Shown here: in pieces, positions 10,601 through 21,212 of the stretch
Layout of the letters: each line of letters opens with the position of its first letter
Numbering within the stretch: position 1 is the first letter of the stretch
NCBI RefSeq assembly: GCF_964213995.1
Contig: NC_135823.1
Span: 186,001 to 250,000 of the forward strand
Length of the DNA stretch: 64,000 nucleotides
Reading direction: 5' to 3'
From: Mustelus asterias
Taxonomy: Eukaryota
The notes under the pieces: generated by a model
The model's database searches: none
The model's input: the letters and a program-made list of their open reading frames with translations, nothing else
Told to the model about the DNA's origin: nothing
Made by a program: the position numbers and the translations under genes

Positions 10601-12773
10601 TGAACCGGCGGAGACTGGGACAAGGTGACCTGAGACATTGTAACTGGGAAAGAGAGAGAAAGAGAGAACAACAGTCACCAGAGGTTACGGAGCATTCCCT
10701 GAAGACAGCCGACTGAAAGCCAATTGGGAGTAAACCTCAAACCAGTCTTCCATCCATTGACACTTCCCGCTGCCTCGGCAAAGCAGCCAGCATAATTAAG
10801 GACCCCACGCACCCCGGACATTCTCCTTCTTCCGTCGGGAAAAAGATAATAAGTCTAAGGTCACGTACCACCCGACACAAAACAACTTCTTCCCTGCTGC
10901 TGTCAGACTTTTGAATGGTCCTACCTCACACAAAATTGATATTTCTGTACACCCTAATTATGATGGTAACACGACATTCTGCACTCCCTCCTTTCCTTCT
11001 CTGTGTACGGTATGCTTAGTCTGTATAGTGCGCAACAAACAATACATTTCACTCTATAATAATACACGTGACAATATTAAATCAAATCAAATGAAATCAC
11101 AAAAATGCCCGATTCAGAAAAAGAAATCGCACCATTAAAATCACTCTGATCATGGTGTTAGTTGCCCCATTTTCCTCCTCCCTTTCGAAAGGTATAATAC
11201 CAGTCCATTCACCAGTAAATCTGGTTTAAACACTGGGGAGGGGGCACATGGAAACCAAGTGATGTTAATCACATAGAGAGGTTCAGTGAAATTACGTTTC
11301 TCAACTATTGCTTACATCGCGTGTCTCTCCTTAAATGAAAGCAAAAGACTGGGGATGCCTGGAACTGAACAAAAAACAGAAGATGCTGGGAAACCTCAGT
11401 GGGGGTACGGGAATTGTGATCAGTGCCGACTCGATCGGCCAAGCGGCCTCCTTGTGCACTGTACAAACTGACTCTATGATTCTCGGTCTGAGAGCATCAG
11501 TGGAGAGAGAATAGACCCGACGTTTCCAGTCTGGATGACTCTCGGTCAGAGCTCCATTGCCTCTCCGCCGATGCTCTCAGAATCCTAGAATGATAGAATC
11601 CCTACAGTGCAGAAAGAGGCCGTTTGGTCCATCGAGTCTGCACCGATCACAATCCCTCCCAGGCCCTATTCCCGCAAACCCATATATTTACACTGCTAAT
11701 CCCCTGATACGAAGGGGCAATTTAGCATGTCCATTCAAACTAACCCGCACATCTTTGGACCGTGGAAGGAAACTGGAGCACCCGGAGGAAACCCACGCAG
11801 ACACGGGGAGAACGTGTAAACTCTGCAGACAGTGGCCCAAGCCGGGAACCCAAGCCTGGCGCTGTGGTGCATCAGTGCGAAGCACTGTGCCGCTGAGATG
11901 TTCCAGTACTTTCTATTTTGCTTCGTTTCTGCTCCTCCTCCGTTGACTGTGGGCGCTAAAGTTTGTTCAACAGTTTATAACTGACTCTGACGTTCCACTT
12001 GAAGTTCGAGCTTTCTCTCCAAAGTGGTCAACATTGTTAATGGAGCCCATTGACATATCATATCTCATGAGAAATGGCAATTCGGATCAATTAAACTCTA
12101 ATCATTGTTATTAATCGACGTTCCATTTTGTCAGTAACATTTGTTTCATTGTTAAGTGAAACTTGCACGCTGAATCACACCTGATAGCACCGCAGAAGAC
12201 GGGGAGAAGGTAGGTGGGGGGGAAGGTGGAGGGTGGGGAAGGGTGGGGGGCGTGGGGGAGTGGGGAGCGTGGGGGGGGGTTGGGGGGGGGGGTGGAGGGG
12301 GGTGCGGGGGAGGAGCGGTGGGGGAAGGGGTGTGGGGGAGGGGGGTGGGAGGTGGGGGGAGGTGGGAGGTGGGGGGACCGTTCGGCCGTTCGAGTCGGTG
12401 TTGAATCTTTGAAAGATTTCGCTAACATTACTGAATTTTCCCTCTTAAATACATATCCAATTCCCCCATTTTGAAAGTTCCAATTGCCGCTTTTGAAAGT
12501 TCCTGTTGAATCTGCTTCCTCCGCCCTTACAGGCAGAGCCTTCCAGATCACAACAACTCAGATGGGTAAAAAAATATAACTCCCCTCATCTCCCTCTCTG
12601 TTACTATTACCAAATTCTTCAATCCATGCTCCGTTGGCTCCAGACACTCGTGCCAACGGAAACAGTTTCTGCCTCTTCGCTCTATCTAAATCCTTCTCCA
12701 CTCTATCTGAATATAATGAGGATATCTCACCCTGAAAGAGATGGAACAGTGCACAGATACCGAGGAAACTCAT
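4628..12773 (-). CDS. Non-rearranging antigen-receptor-like IgSF gene (L-VJ-C1-TM-cyt1-cyt2), 303 aa; join(12731..12773,10305..10643,9900..10205,6988..7107,6790..6848,4628..4672) on minus strand
   Basis: Exons of 43+339+306+120+59+45=912 nt splice in frame with GT-AG introns (phases 1,1,1,1,0). Protein: MSFLGICALFHLFQVTMS QVTLSQSPPVQTLLAGSPVNLSCRIQGQAAGSVFWYRQRERNHMDLIYIAYQNSPAEGRFSSEISEKRRIYSLTIADSRINDSGIYYCAIRNYQNMTQIFGNGSKLVIT AGSPTIFLLTPPLDEIPAMERVPLLCLVRGVSPDSFPVRWNVSGRDTEGQTDSGTLEPDGTYTVRSYISLPAETWRSGARCTCTVQVNSSESILSESVSSQR DSPFPTTCHLLFSGGLSAAALLLLGLVLVAGRRICRNRQR GTANSDEKLTESREHKQNKE TLYARLAFNEDPKL*. Confidence 0.88.
4995..5312 (-). mobile_element. Rex1/Babar-like LINE 3' fragment
   Basis: Reverse complement of the 5880-6200 type sequence. 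Confidence 0.8.
5317..5762 (-). mobile_element. CR1 LINE 3' fragment with internal deletions
   Basis: RFTRLIPGM..YEERL..RRDFIETYKIL..FFTKRVVNLWNSLP. Confidence 0.85.
5810..6592 (+). mobile_element. Rex1/Babar-like LINE 3' end with tandemly amplified tail, in the last intron of the VJ-C1 gene
   Basis: TNRLKNSFFPAAIRLLN followed by the 3' UTR and (aatca)n. Confidence 0.8.
6110..6590 (+). repeat. Tandem array of a 96-bp LINE 3'-terminal unit (~5 copies)
   Basis: atgtactctatgaa recurs at 6201, 6297, 6393 and 6489 (exact 96-bp period). Confidence 0.95.
6790..6848 (-). CDS. Exon 5: cytoplasmic segment (GTANSDEKLTESREHKQNKE)
   Basis: Acceptor ctctttctcacag, donor GAG|gtgaat; phase 1-0; hydrophilic; lies after a 139-nt intron following the TM exon. 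Confidence 0.8.
6988..7107 (-). CDS. Exon 4: stalk with Cys, transmembrane helix and basic stop-transfer segment
   Basis: Acceptor ttctttttgcag, donor AGAG|gtagcg; DSPFPTTCH-LLFSGGLSAAALLLLGLVLVAG-RRICRNRQR; 120 nt, phase 1-1. Confidence 0.88.
8740..9365 (-). repeat. ~52-bp tandem array (~12 copies) expanded inside a V-SINE in the C1-TM intron
   Basis: Unit ggacactaaggggcaatttagcatggccaatccacctaacctgcacatcttt; shorter arrays at ~14850-15220, 22850-23150, 31060-31290, 31790-32000. Confidence 0.92.
9900..10205 (-). CDS. Exon 3: C1-set Ig constant domain
   Basis: Acceptor ttttgccggatttag, donor AGAG|gtagct; motifs PTIFLLTPP, LLCLVRGVSP..VRW, DGTYTVRSYISL, W..G..xTCTV match the Ig/TCR/MHC C1 consensus. 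Confidence 0.93.
10305..10643 (-). CDS. Exon 2: V-set Ig domain with J-like G strand in the same exon (germline-joined VJ)
   Basis: Acceptor tctctctttcccag, donor ACAG|gtacat; motifs LSC, WYRQ, GRFS, YSLTI, DSGIYYC, FGNGSKLVI. Confidence 0.95.
10735..11095 (+). mobile_element. Rex1/Babar-like LINE 3' fragment in the leader-V intron
   Basis: Same family as 5810-6200; aatcaaatcaaa tail. Confidence 0.8.
12200..12378 (+). other. Dense G-tract (G-quadruplex-prone) in the leader-V intron
   Basis: Many consecutive runs of 3 or more G separated by short loops. Confidence 0.8.
12731..12773 (-). CDS. Exon 1: signal peptide (MSFLGICALFHLFQ), split leader completed by VTMS in the V exon
   Basis: ACAATG start (A at -3), hydrophobic codons, donor CAGG|gtgaga, phase 1; this is the typical Ig/TCR split-leader layout. 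Confidence 0.85.
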
Positions 12774-14057
12774 TGTCCTTGCGCCAGACCGTGAGACTCT
12801 GAGCCCCGGATCCGAATCTCACAGAGATCTCACTCTTGTTCTCTCTGTGTGGGGGAGGTGTGAAATATGCGCACTGTGGATATGAATGAAAACACGACTG
12901 GGGTTTGAAAATAGAACCGAGGTAGGGAGCTCTCTGCGGTTTTCCTGTTTACTCTAGGTCCAAGTGCTGGCGTGCATTCGACATGTTCTACAAAACACCT
13001 CAAACATCGACTCACATCAGTTGCACCAGACTTGGAGTGCAGAGCACGGTTCTTCCTAATCTGGTAAGGATTCTCAGGTAGTGGAAAAGGTGCAGTTAAC
13101 ATTTCACAACGAATGATGCCAGAAATGAGTGTGTAACTGTTAGCCTTGAAGTGTTTGGAGGTCTTTTTCTCGAAACAAAATTGAAAATTGAGGGCTGATC
13201 CACCGAAACATTTAGAAATATGAAATGCTTCAACAAGGCAGAAGTAGGATTTCAAAATATTGCAGGATGAGTTCGTCGCCAAGCAGGAATTCAGGACAAA
13301 TTTTATTTTGGAAGAACAAAGAACAAAGAAAATTACAGCACAGGAACAGGCCCTTCGGCCCTCCAAGCCTGCATCGACCATGCTGCCCGACTTAACTAAA
13401 ACCCCTTCCGGGGACCATATCCCTCTATTCCCATTCTATTCATGTATTTGTCAATACGCCCTTAAAAGTCCCTACCGTATCCGCTTCCATTCCCTGCCGC
13501 GGCAACGAGTTCCAGGCACCCACTACTCTCTGTGTAAAAAATCTGTAAGAATGGGCAGAATATAGAATTCGGTCGCATGGGGAATGCTTTTGATTTGATA
13601 TGATTTGATTTGATTTATTCTTGGCACATGGATTGGGATAGAGAGAAAAGTATTATTTCTTGCGCGCTATACAGACAAAGCATTCCGTTCATCGAGAAGG
13701 AAAGGAGAGAGTGCAGAATGTATTGTCACAGTCAGAGCCAGGGTGTGGAGAAAGATCAACTTCGTGCAACGTGGGCTCATTTTTCATTGTATAGTAATAC
13801 ATGTGACAATAATAAATCAAACCAAATCAAATGAAAATGTGACGATTCAAAAAAAAAATCGCACCATTAAAATCTTTCTGATAATGGCGTGGATTGCCCC
13901 ATTTTCCTCCTCACATCCGCTTGAGACGAATGACAAGATGTATTTTAATTGGGCAGCTGGAGAGACACGAAGGAGAGAAAGGAGAAGAAGGATATGTTGA
14001 TGGGGTGATAGAAAGAAGGAATGAGGTACCTCTGGAACATTAACAACAGCTGTGTTG

Positions 14058-14377
14058 CGGTACGGTAGCACAGTGGTTAGCACTGCTGTTTCACAGCTCC
14101 ATGGATCCCGGGTTCGAATCTCGGCTCGGGTCACTGTCTGTGTGGAGTTTGCACATTCTCCTTGTGTCTGCGTGGGTTCCCTCCGGGTGCTCCGGTTTCC
14201 TCTCACAGTCCAAAGATGTGCGGGTTAGGTTGATTGGGCAGGTTAAAAATTGCTCCTTTCGAGTCGGTGAGAGGGATTAGCGGGTAAAATATGTGGGGGT
14301 GGGGCCTGGGTGGGATTGTGGTCGGTGCAGACTCGATGGGCCGAATGGCCTCCTTCTGCACTGTAGGGTTTCTATGT
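14058..14377 (+). mobile_element. HE1-type V-SINE
   Basis: Closely matches 923-1257. Confidence 0.9.
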
Positions 14378-16599
14378 TTAGACAGCTGATAGGCCGAATG
14401 GTACCAATCTGTACTGTGCTTCTGATGTAATCGTGTTAGAAAAATATGAAATCAAAGCCATCTTTTGATACCCTGATATGTGAGCAGTTAATGCTGCCTC
14501 TTTGCTTTGTATGGGTTGCAACAGGGCATGGTCCACATTTTTTCAGTGAGATTACAGTCGCCTTGTTTAATGTCGAGCCTGGCCCGAACATAGGATGTCC
14601 CCAGGTTCTTGGTAGCCGGTGATATGTCTTTGCAAGTGCACTTACCTTTGAAATGTAGGAGATTCAGTCAGGTTCACGCAAAGCAGAATGCCGAAAATTG
14701 ACAATTGATAAAGCCTTGATAAGTTGACTTATAGAACCATAAAACTCCTATAGCGTAAAAGGAGGGCCATTCAGCCCATTGAGCCTTCACCGCCAGCAAT
14801 CCCACCCAGGCGCTATCGCCGTGACCCCACATATTTAGCCTGCTAATTCCCCTGACACGAAGAGGCAATTTAGCATGGCCAATCCACCTAACCTGCACAT
14901 CTTTATCCATTAAGGCGCAATTTAGCTTGGTCAATCAAGCATCCTGCACATTTGTTGTTACTTAGGGACAATTTAGCGTGGCCAATCCACGTCACCTGAA
15001 TATCGTTGGACACTAAGGGACATTTTACCATGATCAATGTACCTCACCTGCACACTTTTGGACACGAAGGGACAACTTAGCATGGCCAATCAGAAAACCG
15101 GCCCATATTTGGACACTAAGGGGCAATTTTGCATGACAAATCCAAAATACCTGCACATCTTTCGATACTAAGGGGCAATTAAGCTAGTCAATCCACCAAA
15201 CCAGCACATCGTTGGACATTGGCATTTAAAATTACAGCGTTCTAATTTACAGATACTGTCCCAGACACCTCGCTCGCCATTTTTGTTGATTCCTGTTGCT
15301 TCTTTTGACAAATCCTCTGAAATCAATGCCATGTAACTCTCGATATTTTGCACTTTTCTACAAATATGTATTCGTCTTTTTTGCAGAAATTATGAATGGC
15401 AACAGAACAAAGAAACAGACAAGGCTCTAAACGCAAAACTAAAAAAAGTAACGTGATTTGTTGTATTTAAGCTAATCTACGTCCTTTACCTTAATACAGG
15501 CTGCTGGCCATAAGAGAATGGGAGAGTAATAATCTTTATTTATCATTACGCTTCTAGAAAGCCAGCAAACCCTTTACTTTGTGAAAAACTTCCTTTATAC
15601 TGACAAACAATCCTATTTAAATAGCAGTTGCCTGGTTACTTGTTCTCTACCATCCAAGACCACCTCTGCACATGCTCAGTGGTGGCACTTGCTGTCGACT
15701 GTCTGATAGTCAGTTGACATTCATGGTTATCCAGGGTCAGAATCCCGCCTTTCATCTCCAGGGAGAAGAACAGGTGCAAAGTGGATGGACTCCATTCTGT
15801 TCCTCATATCAGCGCGTTCACAACCTGTGTGGATCCGTTTGGAACTGATTGCTCTGGCCGTCCCCAGCTCCTTACTAATACCGTGCATTAAGTCAGATAT
15901 ATGCAAATCTAGAATCTTGGGTCGGAATGGGGAGGTGATGGAGACTGAGGGGATAAGGGGGCGGCTTGATTGAGATATATAAAATTATGTGGGGCACAGA
16001 TAGAGGAGATGGAAAGAAACGTTTTAAGTGTATTTATTCGTGCCACAATTAGGCTCACATTACACTGTAATAAAGTAACTGTGAAAATCCTCTTATTGCC
16101 ACACTCTGGCGCCTGTTCTGGTAGACTGAGGGAAACTTTAGCATGGCCAATGCACCTAACCAGCATGTCTTTTGGAGTTTGTGAGAAAGCTGGAGCACCC
16201 AGAGAAAACCCACGCAGACACAGAGAGAATGTGCAGACTTCAAACAGAGAGTGGCCCAAGCTGGGAATTGAACCCGGGTCCCTGCTGCTGTGAGGCAGTA
16301 ATGCTAATCACTATGCCACCGTACCACTCAGTTTTCCTTGGTGGGAGGATCAATGAACAGGGGGCATGGATTTAAGGTGAGGGACAGAATGTTTGGAACC
16401 ATAGAATCCTTACAGAGCAGAAGGAGGCCATTCAGCCCATAGAGCCTTCCCCAACTCGCTGAAAGAGCAGGTGGACCGAAATCTATTTTCAGATCTTTTG
16501 TCCATGTTTGAATCAAGGCTGGAATGAAGTAGTCCTTGACTAAGACTGGGAGAACCCAAACTGAGCGCCAGTGGGCCGGTTATTGCTTGACATGCATCG

Positions 16600-17135
16600 A
16601 TTGGATTGGATTTGATTTGATTTCATTTACTATTGGCACATGTATTAGTACACTTTGAAAAGCATGTTTTCTTTTGCGCTATACAGGCAAAACATACCGT
16701 GCAAATGGAAGGAAAGGAGAGAGTGTGGAATGTAGTGTCACAATCATAGCTAGGGTGCAGAGAAATATCAACTTAATATTAGGGAGGTCCATTCAAAAGT
16801 CTGAAGGTAGCAGTGAAGGAACAGTGTTTGAGTCAGTTGGGACGTGACCTCAGACTTTTGTAGCATTTTCCATACATGGAAGAGAGTACGTCCGGGGTGC
16901 GGGGGTCCTTGAATTACGCTGGCTGCTTTTTTGAGGTGTCGGGAATTGTAGAACATGTCAATGGATGCAAGGCTGTTTTGAATGATAGAATGGACTTCAT
17001 TCACGCTTTGTAGTTTTTTGCAGTCTTGGGCCGAGCAGGAGCCATGCCAAGTTGTGATGCAACCAGAAAGAATGGTTTCTGTGGCGCCTCTGTAGAAGTT
17101 GGTGAGAGTTGTAGCTGACATGCCAAATTTCCCAG
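16600..17135 (-). mobile_element. Rex1/Babar-like LINE 3' fragment
   Basis: FYRGATETILSGCITTWHGSC..KKLQ; (tgatt)n tail. Confidence 0.8.
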
Positions 17136-17413
17136 CAATGTCAATAATCACTGATGATGGAGAGTAAATGCATGGGGTGATAATGAACTCAGTTGAATTT
17201 GTCCTGGTAATAATGTACAGGACATACCTGAGAAATTTTCCACATTACTGAATAGCTGCCTGTGTTATCGCTGTACCTTAACATGGAGAACTGCTCAATT
17301 ATCAGCGGAATGGGGCTGGGGACACATTGCAATTAGCTGGTGTTTTCCTTTTCCATGTTTGACCAAATGTGAATTGATGGGGTCAGGAGTCGAGAGGGAG
17401 TATTCTCAGGACT

Positions 17414-17450
17414 ACTCACTCCCGGCTGGCTACCCCGTGGCCGCCATCTT
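17414..17450 (-). promoter_or_regulatory. YY1 consensus (AAGATGGCGGC) followed by a splice donor; possible non-coding first exon
   Basis: Plus-strand gccgccatctt at 17440-17450; minus-strand GGGA|gtgagt at 17420; locally CpG-rich. Confidence 0.3.
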
Positions 17451-17864
17451 AGCTAGATATGTCCTGCGAGAGCAGAACGTACGTTGGAATGGCGATGATG
17501 GAGATTACTGACATTGGGAGATGTGAATGCTTGGTGTGAAAAGGAGATGATTTGCTGCAACGCGGCAGGTTAAATGAGTAATCGCCAATTTACCAGATGG
17601 TGGCTCGTGTGGGGAATTATTCATATAGCTTGGAAGAATAGACAATCTGGCTATGTTGGCGTGAACTTGTAAAGGAACACAGCAAATTCGCACTGGATGC
17701 AGGAACGAAGTGAGAATTCAAAAATAATATTCAATATGTATTGCTACAATTGGACAGGATGTTATGCGATCACTCCTGAAATAATGTGTCCAGGTTTGAA
17801 CTCCAAATTTAAGGAAGGATACACTTGCTCAAGAGGCGGTACAGTTAATGTCCTTTAGAAAATT

Positions 17865-18800
17865 AGAACAGAAGAACTAGGAGCAGGAGTAGACCATGTG
17901 GCCCCTCAAGCCTGCTCCACCATGTAATAAGATCATGGCTGATCTTTTCATGGACTCAGCTCCACTTACCCACCCGCTCACCATAATCCTTAATTCCTTT
18001 ACTACATCTATTTTTGCCTTAAAAGCATTCAAAGAGATAGCCTCAACTGCGTCACTGGGCCGGGAATTCCATGGATTCATAACCCTTTGGGTGAGGAAGC
18101 TCTTCCTAAACTCAATCCCAAATCTGCTCTCCCTTATTTTGCGGCTATGCCCCCTAGTTCTAGTTTCACCCGCCAGTGGAAACAAACTCCCTGCTTCTAT
18201 CTTATCTGTTCCCTTCATAATCTTATATGTTTCTATGAGATCCCGCTCATCCCTCTGAATTCCAATGAGTATAGTCACAGTCTACACAGTCTCTCCCCAT
18301 AAGCCAAGCCTCTGAATTCCACAATCAACCTCGTGAATCTCCTCTGCACTTCCTCCAGTGCCAGTATATCCTTTCTCAAGTAATGAAACCAAAACTGTAC
18401 ACAGTACTCCAAGTGTGGTCTCACCAGCACATTAAACAGCTACAACATCACCTCTCTGATTTAAACTCCATCCCTCGAGCAATAAAGCTCAAAATTCCAT
18501 TTGCCTTCTTAATTGTCAGCTGCACCTGCGAACCAACGTTTTGTGATTCATGCATAAGGACACCCAGATCCCTCTGCACAGCAGCATGTTACATTTTTTA
18601 CCATTTAAAAAAAAGAAAATTTTGCTGTTCTTCCGTCCAAAATGGATGATCTCACATTTACCAACATTGTACTCAATCCGCCACGCCCTTGTCCACTCAC
18701 TTAGACTACCTATAACCCTTCGCAGGCGTTAATTGTCCTCTGCACACTTTGCTCTACCACTCATCGTACTGTCACCTGCGTACTTGGTCCCCAACTCCTA
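17865..18800 (-). mobile_element. CR1 LINE 3' fragment
   Basis: RDLIETYKIMKG..TRGH..FLTQRVMNPWN, followed by the 3' UTR hairpin region. Confidence 0.85.
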
Positions 18801-19116
18801 ATAATCTATCATTAACCCCTTGAACGATAGGGTTTTCCTGCGATGAGAGACTGGGAAAATTATGTTTATATTCTCTGTGGAACAGAAAAATGAGACATCA
18901 ACGCATTGAAACACAAAATATTTTGAAGGATGGTGACATGCCAGATACGAAAGAGGTTGATTACATTGGCTGGAAAATATGTCACACAGCGACATAGCCT
19001 CAGGATCAAGAAATTACCATTTCAGAATGAGAGGAGGAGAATTTTCTCCGACGAGAGGATAATGAATCTTTGGGAATCTCTGCCCAAGTGACCTGTCGAT
19101 GCTCAGTCACTCCTAA

Positions 19117-21212
19117 GACCATAAGACATGGGAGCAGAATTAGGCCACTCGTCCATCGAGTCTGCTCCACCATTCAATCCTGGCTGATACTTTTCTCATC
19201 CCCATTCTCCTGCATTTTGCCCATAACCCCTGATACCCTTATTAATCAAGAACATATCTATCTCTGTCTTAAAGACACTTAGTGACCTGGCTTCCACAGG
19301 CTTCTGTGACGAAGAGTTCCACAGATTCACCACTCTCTGACTGAAGAAATTCCTCCTCATCTCTGTTTTAAAGGTTCGTCCCTTTAGCCTGAGGATATGC
19401 CCTCTGGTTCTAGTTTATCCTACCAGTGGAAATATCCTCTCCACGTCCACTCTATCCAGGCCTCGCAGTATCCTGTAAGTTTCAATAAGACCCCCCCCCC
19501 CCCCATCCTTCTAAACTTCAACGAGTACAGACCCAGAGTCCTCAACCGTTCCTCATATGACAAGCCCTTCATTGCAGGGATCATTCTTGTGACCATCCTC
19601 TGGACTCTTTCCAAGGCCAGCACACCCTTCCCTGGATATGGGGCACAAAACTGCTCACAATTCTCCAAATGCGGTCTGACCAGAGTCTTATACAGCCTCA
19701 GCACTACATACCTGCCCTTGTATTCTTGCCCTCTCGACATGAATGCTAACATTGCATTTGCCTTCCTGACTGCCGACTGAAACTGCAACTTAAGAAAATC
19801 TTGAACAATGAGTCCCAAGTCCCTTTGTGTTTCTGATTTCCGAAGCATTTTTCCATTTAGAAAATAGCCTATGCCTCCATTTCTCCTTCCAAAGTGCATA
19901 ACCTCACACTTTTCCACATTGTATTCCATCTGCCACTTCTTTGCCCACTCTCCTAACCTGCCCAGTTCTTTCTGCAACACCCCTGCTTCCTCAAGACTAC
20001 CTGTCCCTCTACATATCTTTGTATCATTTGGAAACTTAGCAACAGGGCCTTCAGATCCTTCCTCCAAATCGCTAATGTATATTGTGAAAATTTGTGGTCC
20101 CAGCACCGACCCCTGAGGCACACCACTAGTCACCGGCAGCCATCCTGAAAGAGACGCCTTTATCCCTACTCTCTGTCTTCTGTCAGTCAGCCAATCCTCT
20201 ATCCATGCCAGGATCTTACTCTTAACACCATGCGCACTTAACTTATTTAACTGTCTCCTATGCAGCACCTTGTCAAAGGCCCTTTGGAAATCCACTGGTT
20301 TTCCTTTATCTAACTTCCTTGTTACCTCCTCAAAGAACTCTAACAGATTCGTCAGACATAAGCACCCATTGACAAAGCCTTGCTGACTCATTCCTACTTG
20401 ATCATGAACTTCAAAGTACTCTGCAATCTCATCTTTTATAATTGTCTCTATAATCTTGCCAATGACCGAAGCCAGGCTAAGTGACCTATAAATCCCCATC
20501 TGCTGCCTCCGTACCTTCTTAAACAGCGGTGTTACATTCCTACTTTCCAATCCTCTGGTCCTCTCCCTGCCTCCAGTGATTCCTGAAGTTCACCACCATT
20601 GAGTCCACAATTTCCTCAGTTATCTCTTTTAGAACCCTGGGGTGAAGTATATCTGGTCCAGGTGACTTATCCACCTTCAGACCTTTCAGTTTCCCCAGAA
20701 CCTTCTCCTTAGTGATGGCCACCCCACCCATCTGTGCCCCCTGATTCTCCTGGAGCTCTGGCATCCCACTGGTGTCTTCCACCGCGAAGCCTGATGCAAA
20801 GTAACTGTTCAGTTCCTCTGCCTTCGCTTTGTTTCCTATTATTACTTCTCCAGCCTCATTTTCCAGTGGTCCAATGGCTATTTCTGCCTCTCTCTTACCT
20901 TTAATATATTGAAAACATCTGTTCCTATCTTCTTTAATACCACTCGCGAGCTTACACTCATATTTCATCTTCTTATCGCTAATTGTTTTTCTTAGTTGTG
21001 CTCTGCTCGCTTTTAAAGGCTTCCCAATCCTCTGGCTTCCCACTGATCCTTGCCACTTGTAAGCTTTTTATTTTGCTTTTATGCTGTCCTTGACTTCCCT
21101 CGTCAGCCATGGATGCCTCGTCCTCCCCTGAACATGTTTCCTCCTTCTTGGGATGAATTTCATTTGTGCCTCCTGAATAACTCTCAAAAACTCCAGCCAT
21201 TGCTGTTCCAAA
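19117..21212 (-). mobile_element. 5'-truncated, decayed CR1 LINE (RT)
   Basis: ORFs 19420-20550, 20540-21043 and 21068-21523 with KSPGPD, AFDKV, GVPQGSVLGP, RPHLE. Confidence 0.92.

Noticed and set aside
9883-10671. Calling the gene a germline-joined Ig light chain or a TCR chain
   Set aside because: C1 ends in a splice donor without the terminal Cys of light chains and connects to TM and cytoplasmic exons; the TM lacks the charged residues of TCR chains.
12785-12830. J-like peptide RFGSGAQSLTV preceded by ctctgtg upstream of the leader ATG (minus strand)
   Set aside because: Wrong spacing for FGxGTxLxV, no nonamer, no donor after it, and wrong position (5' of the leader); probably chance.
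15253-15529. Three plus-strand mini-exons that splice in frame (ILSQTP...KRMGE*)
   Set aside because: Implied introns are only 52-54 nt with weak donors, below normal vertebrate intron size, and the peptide is not recognisable.
15901-15908. Octamer ATGCAAAT as an Ig-type promoter element
   Set aside because: It lies 3.1 kb from the ATG, and an 8-mer is expected by chance about twice in a window this size.
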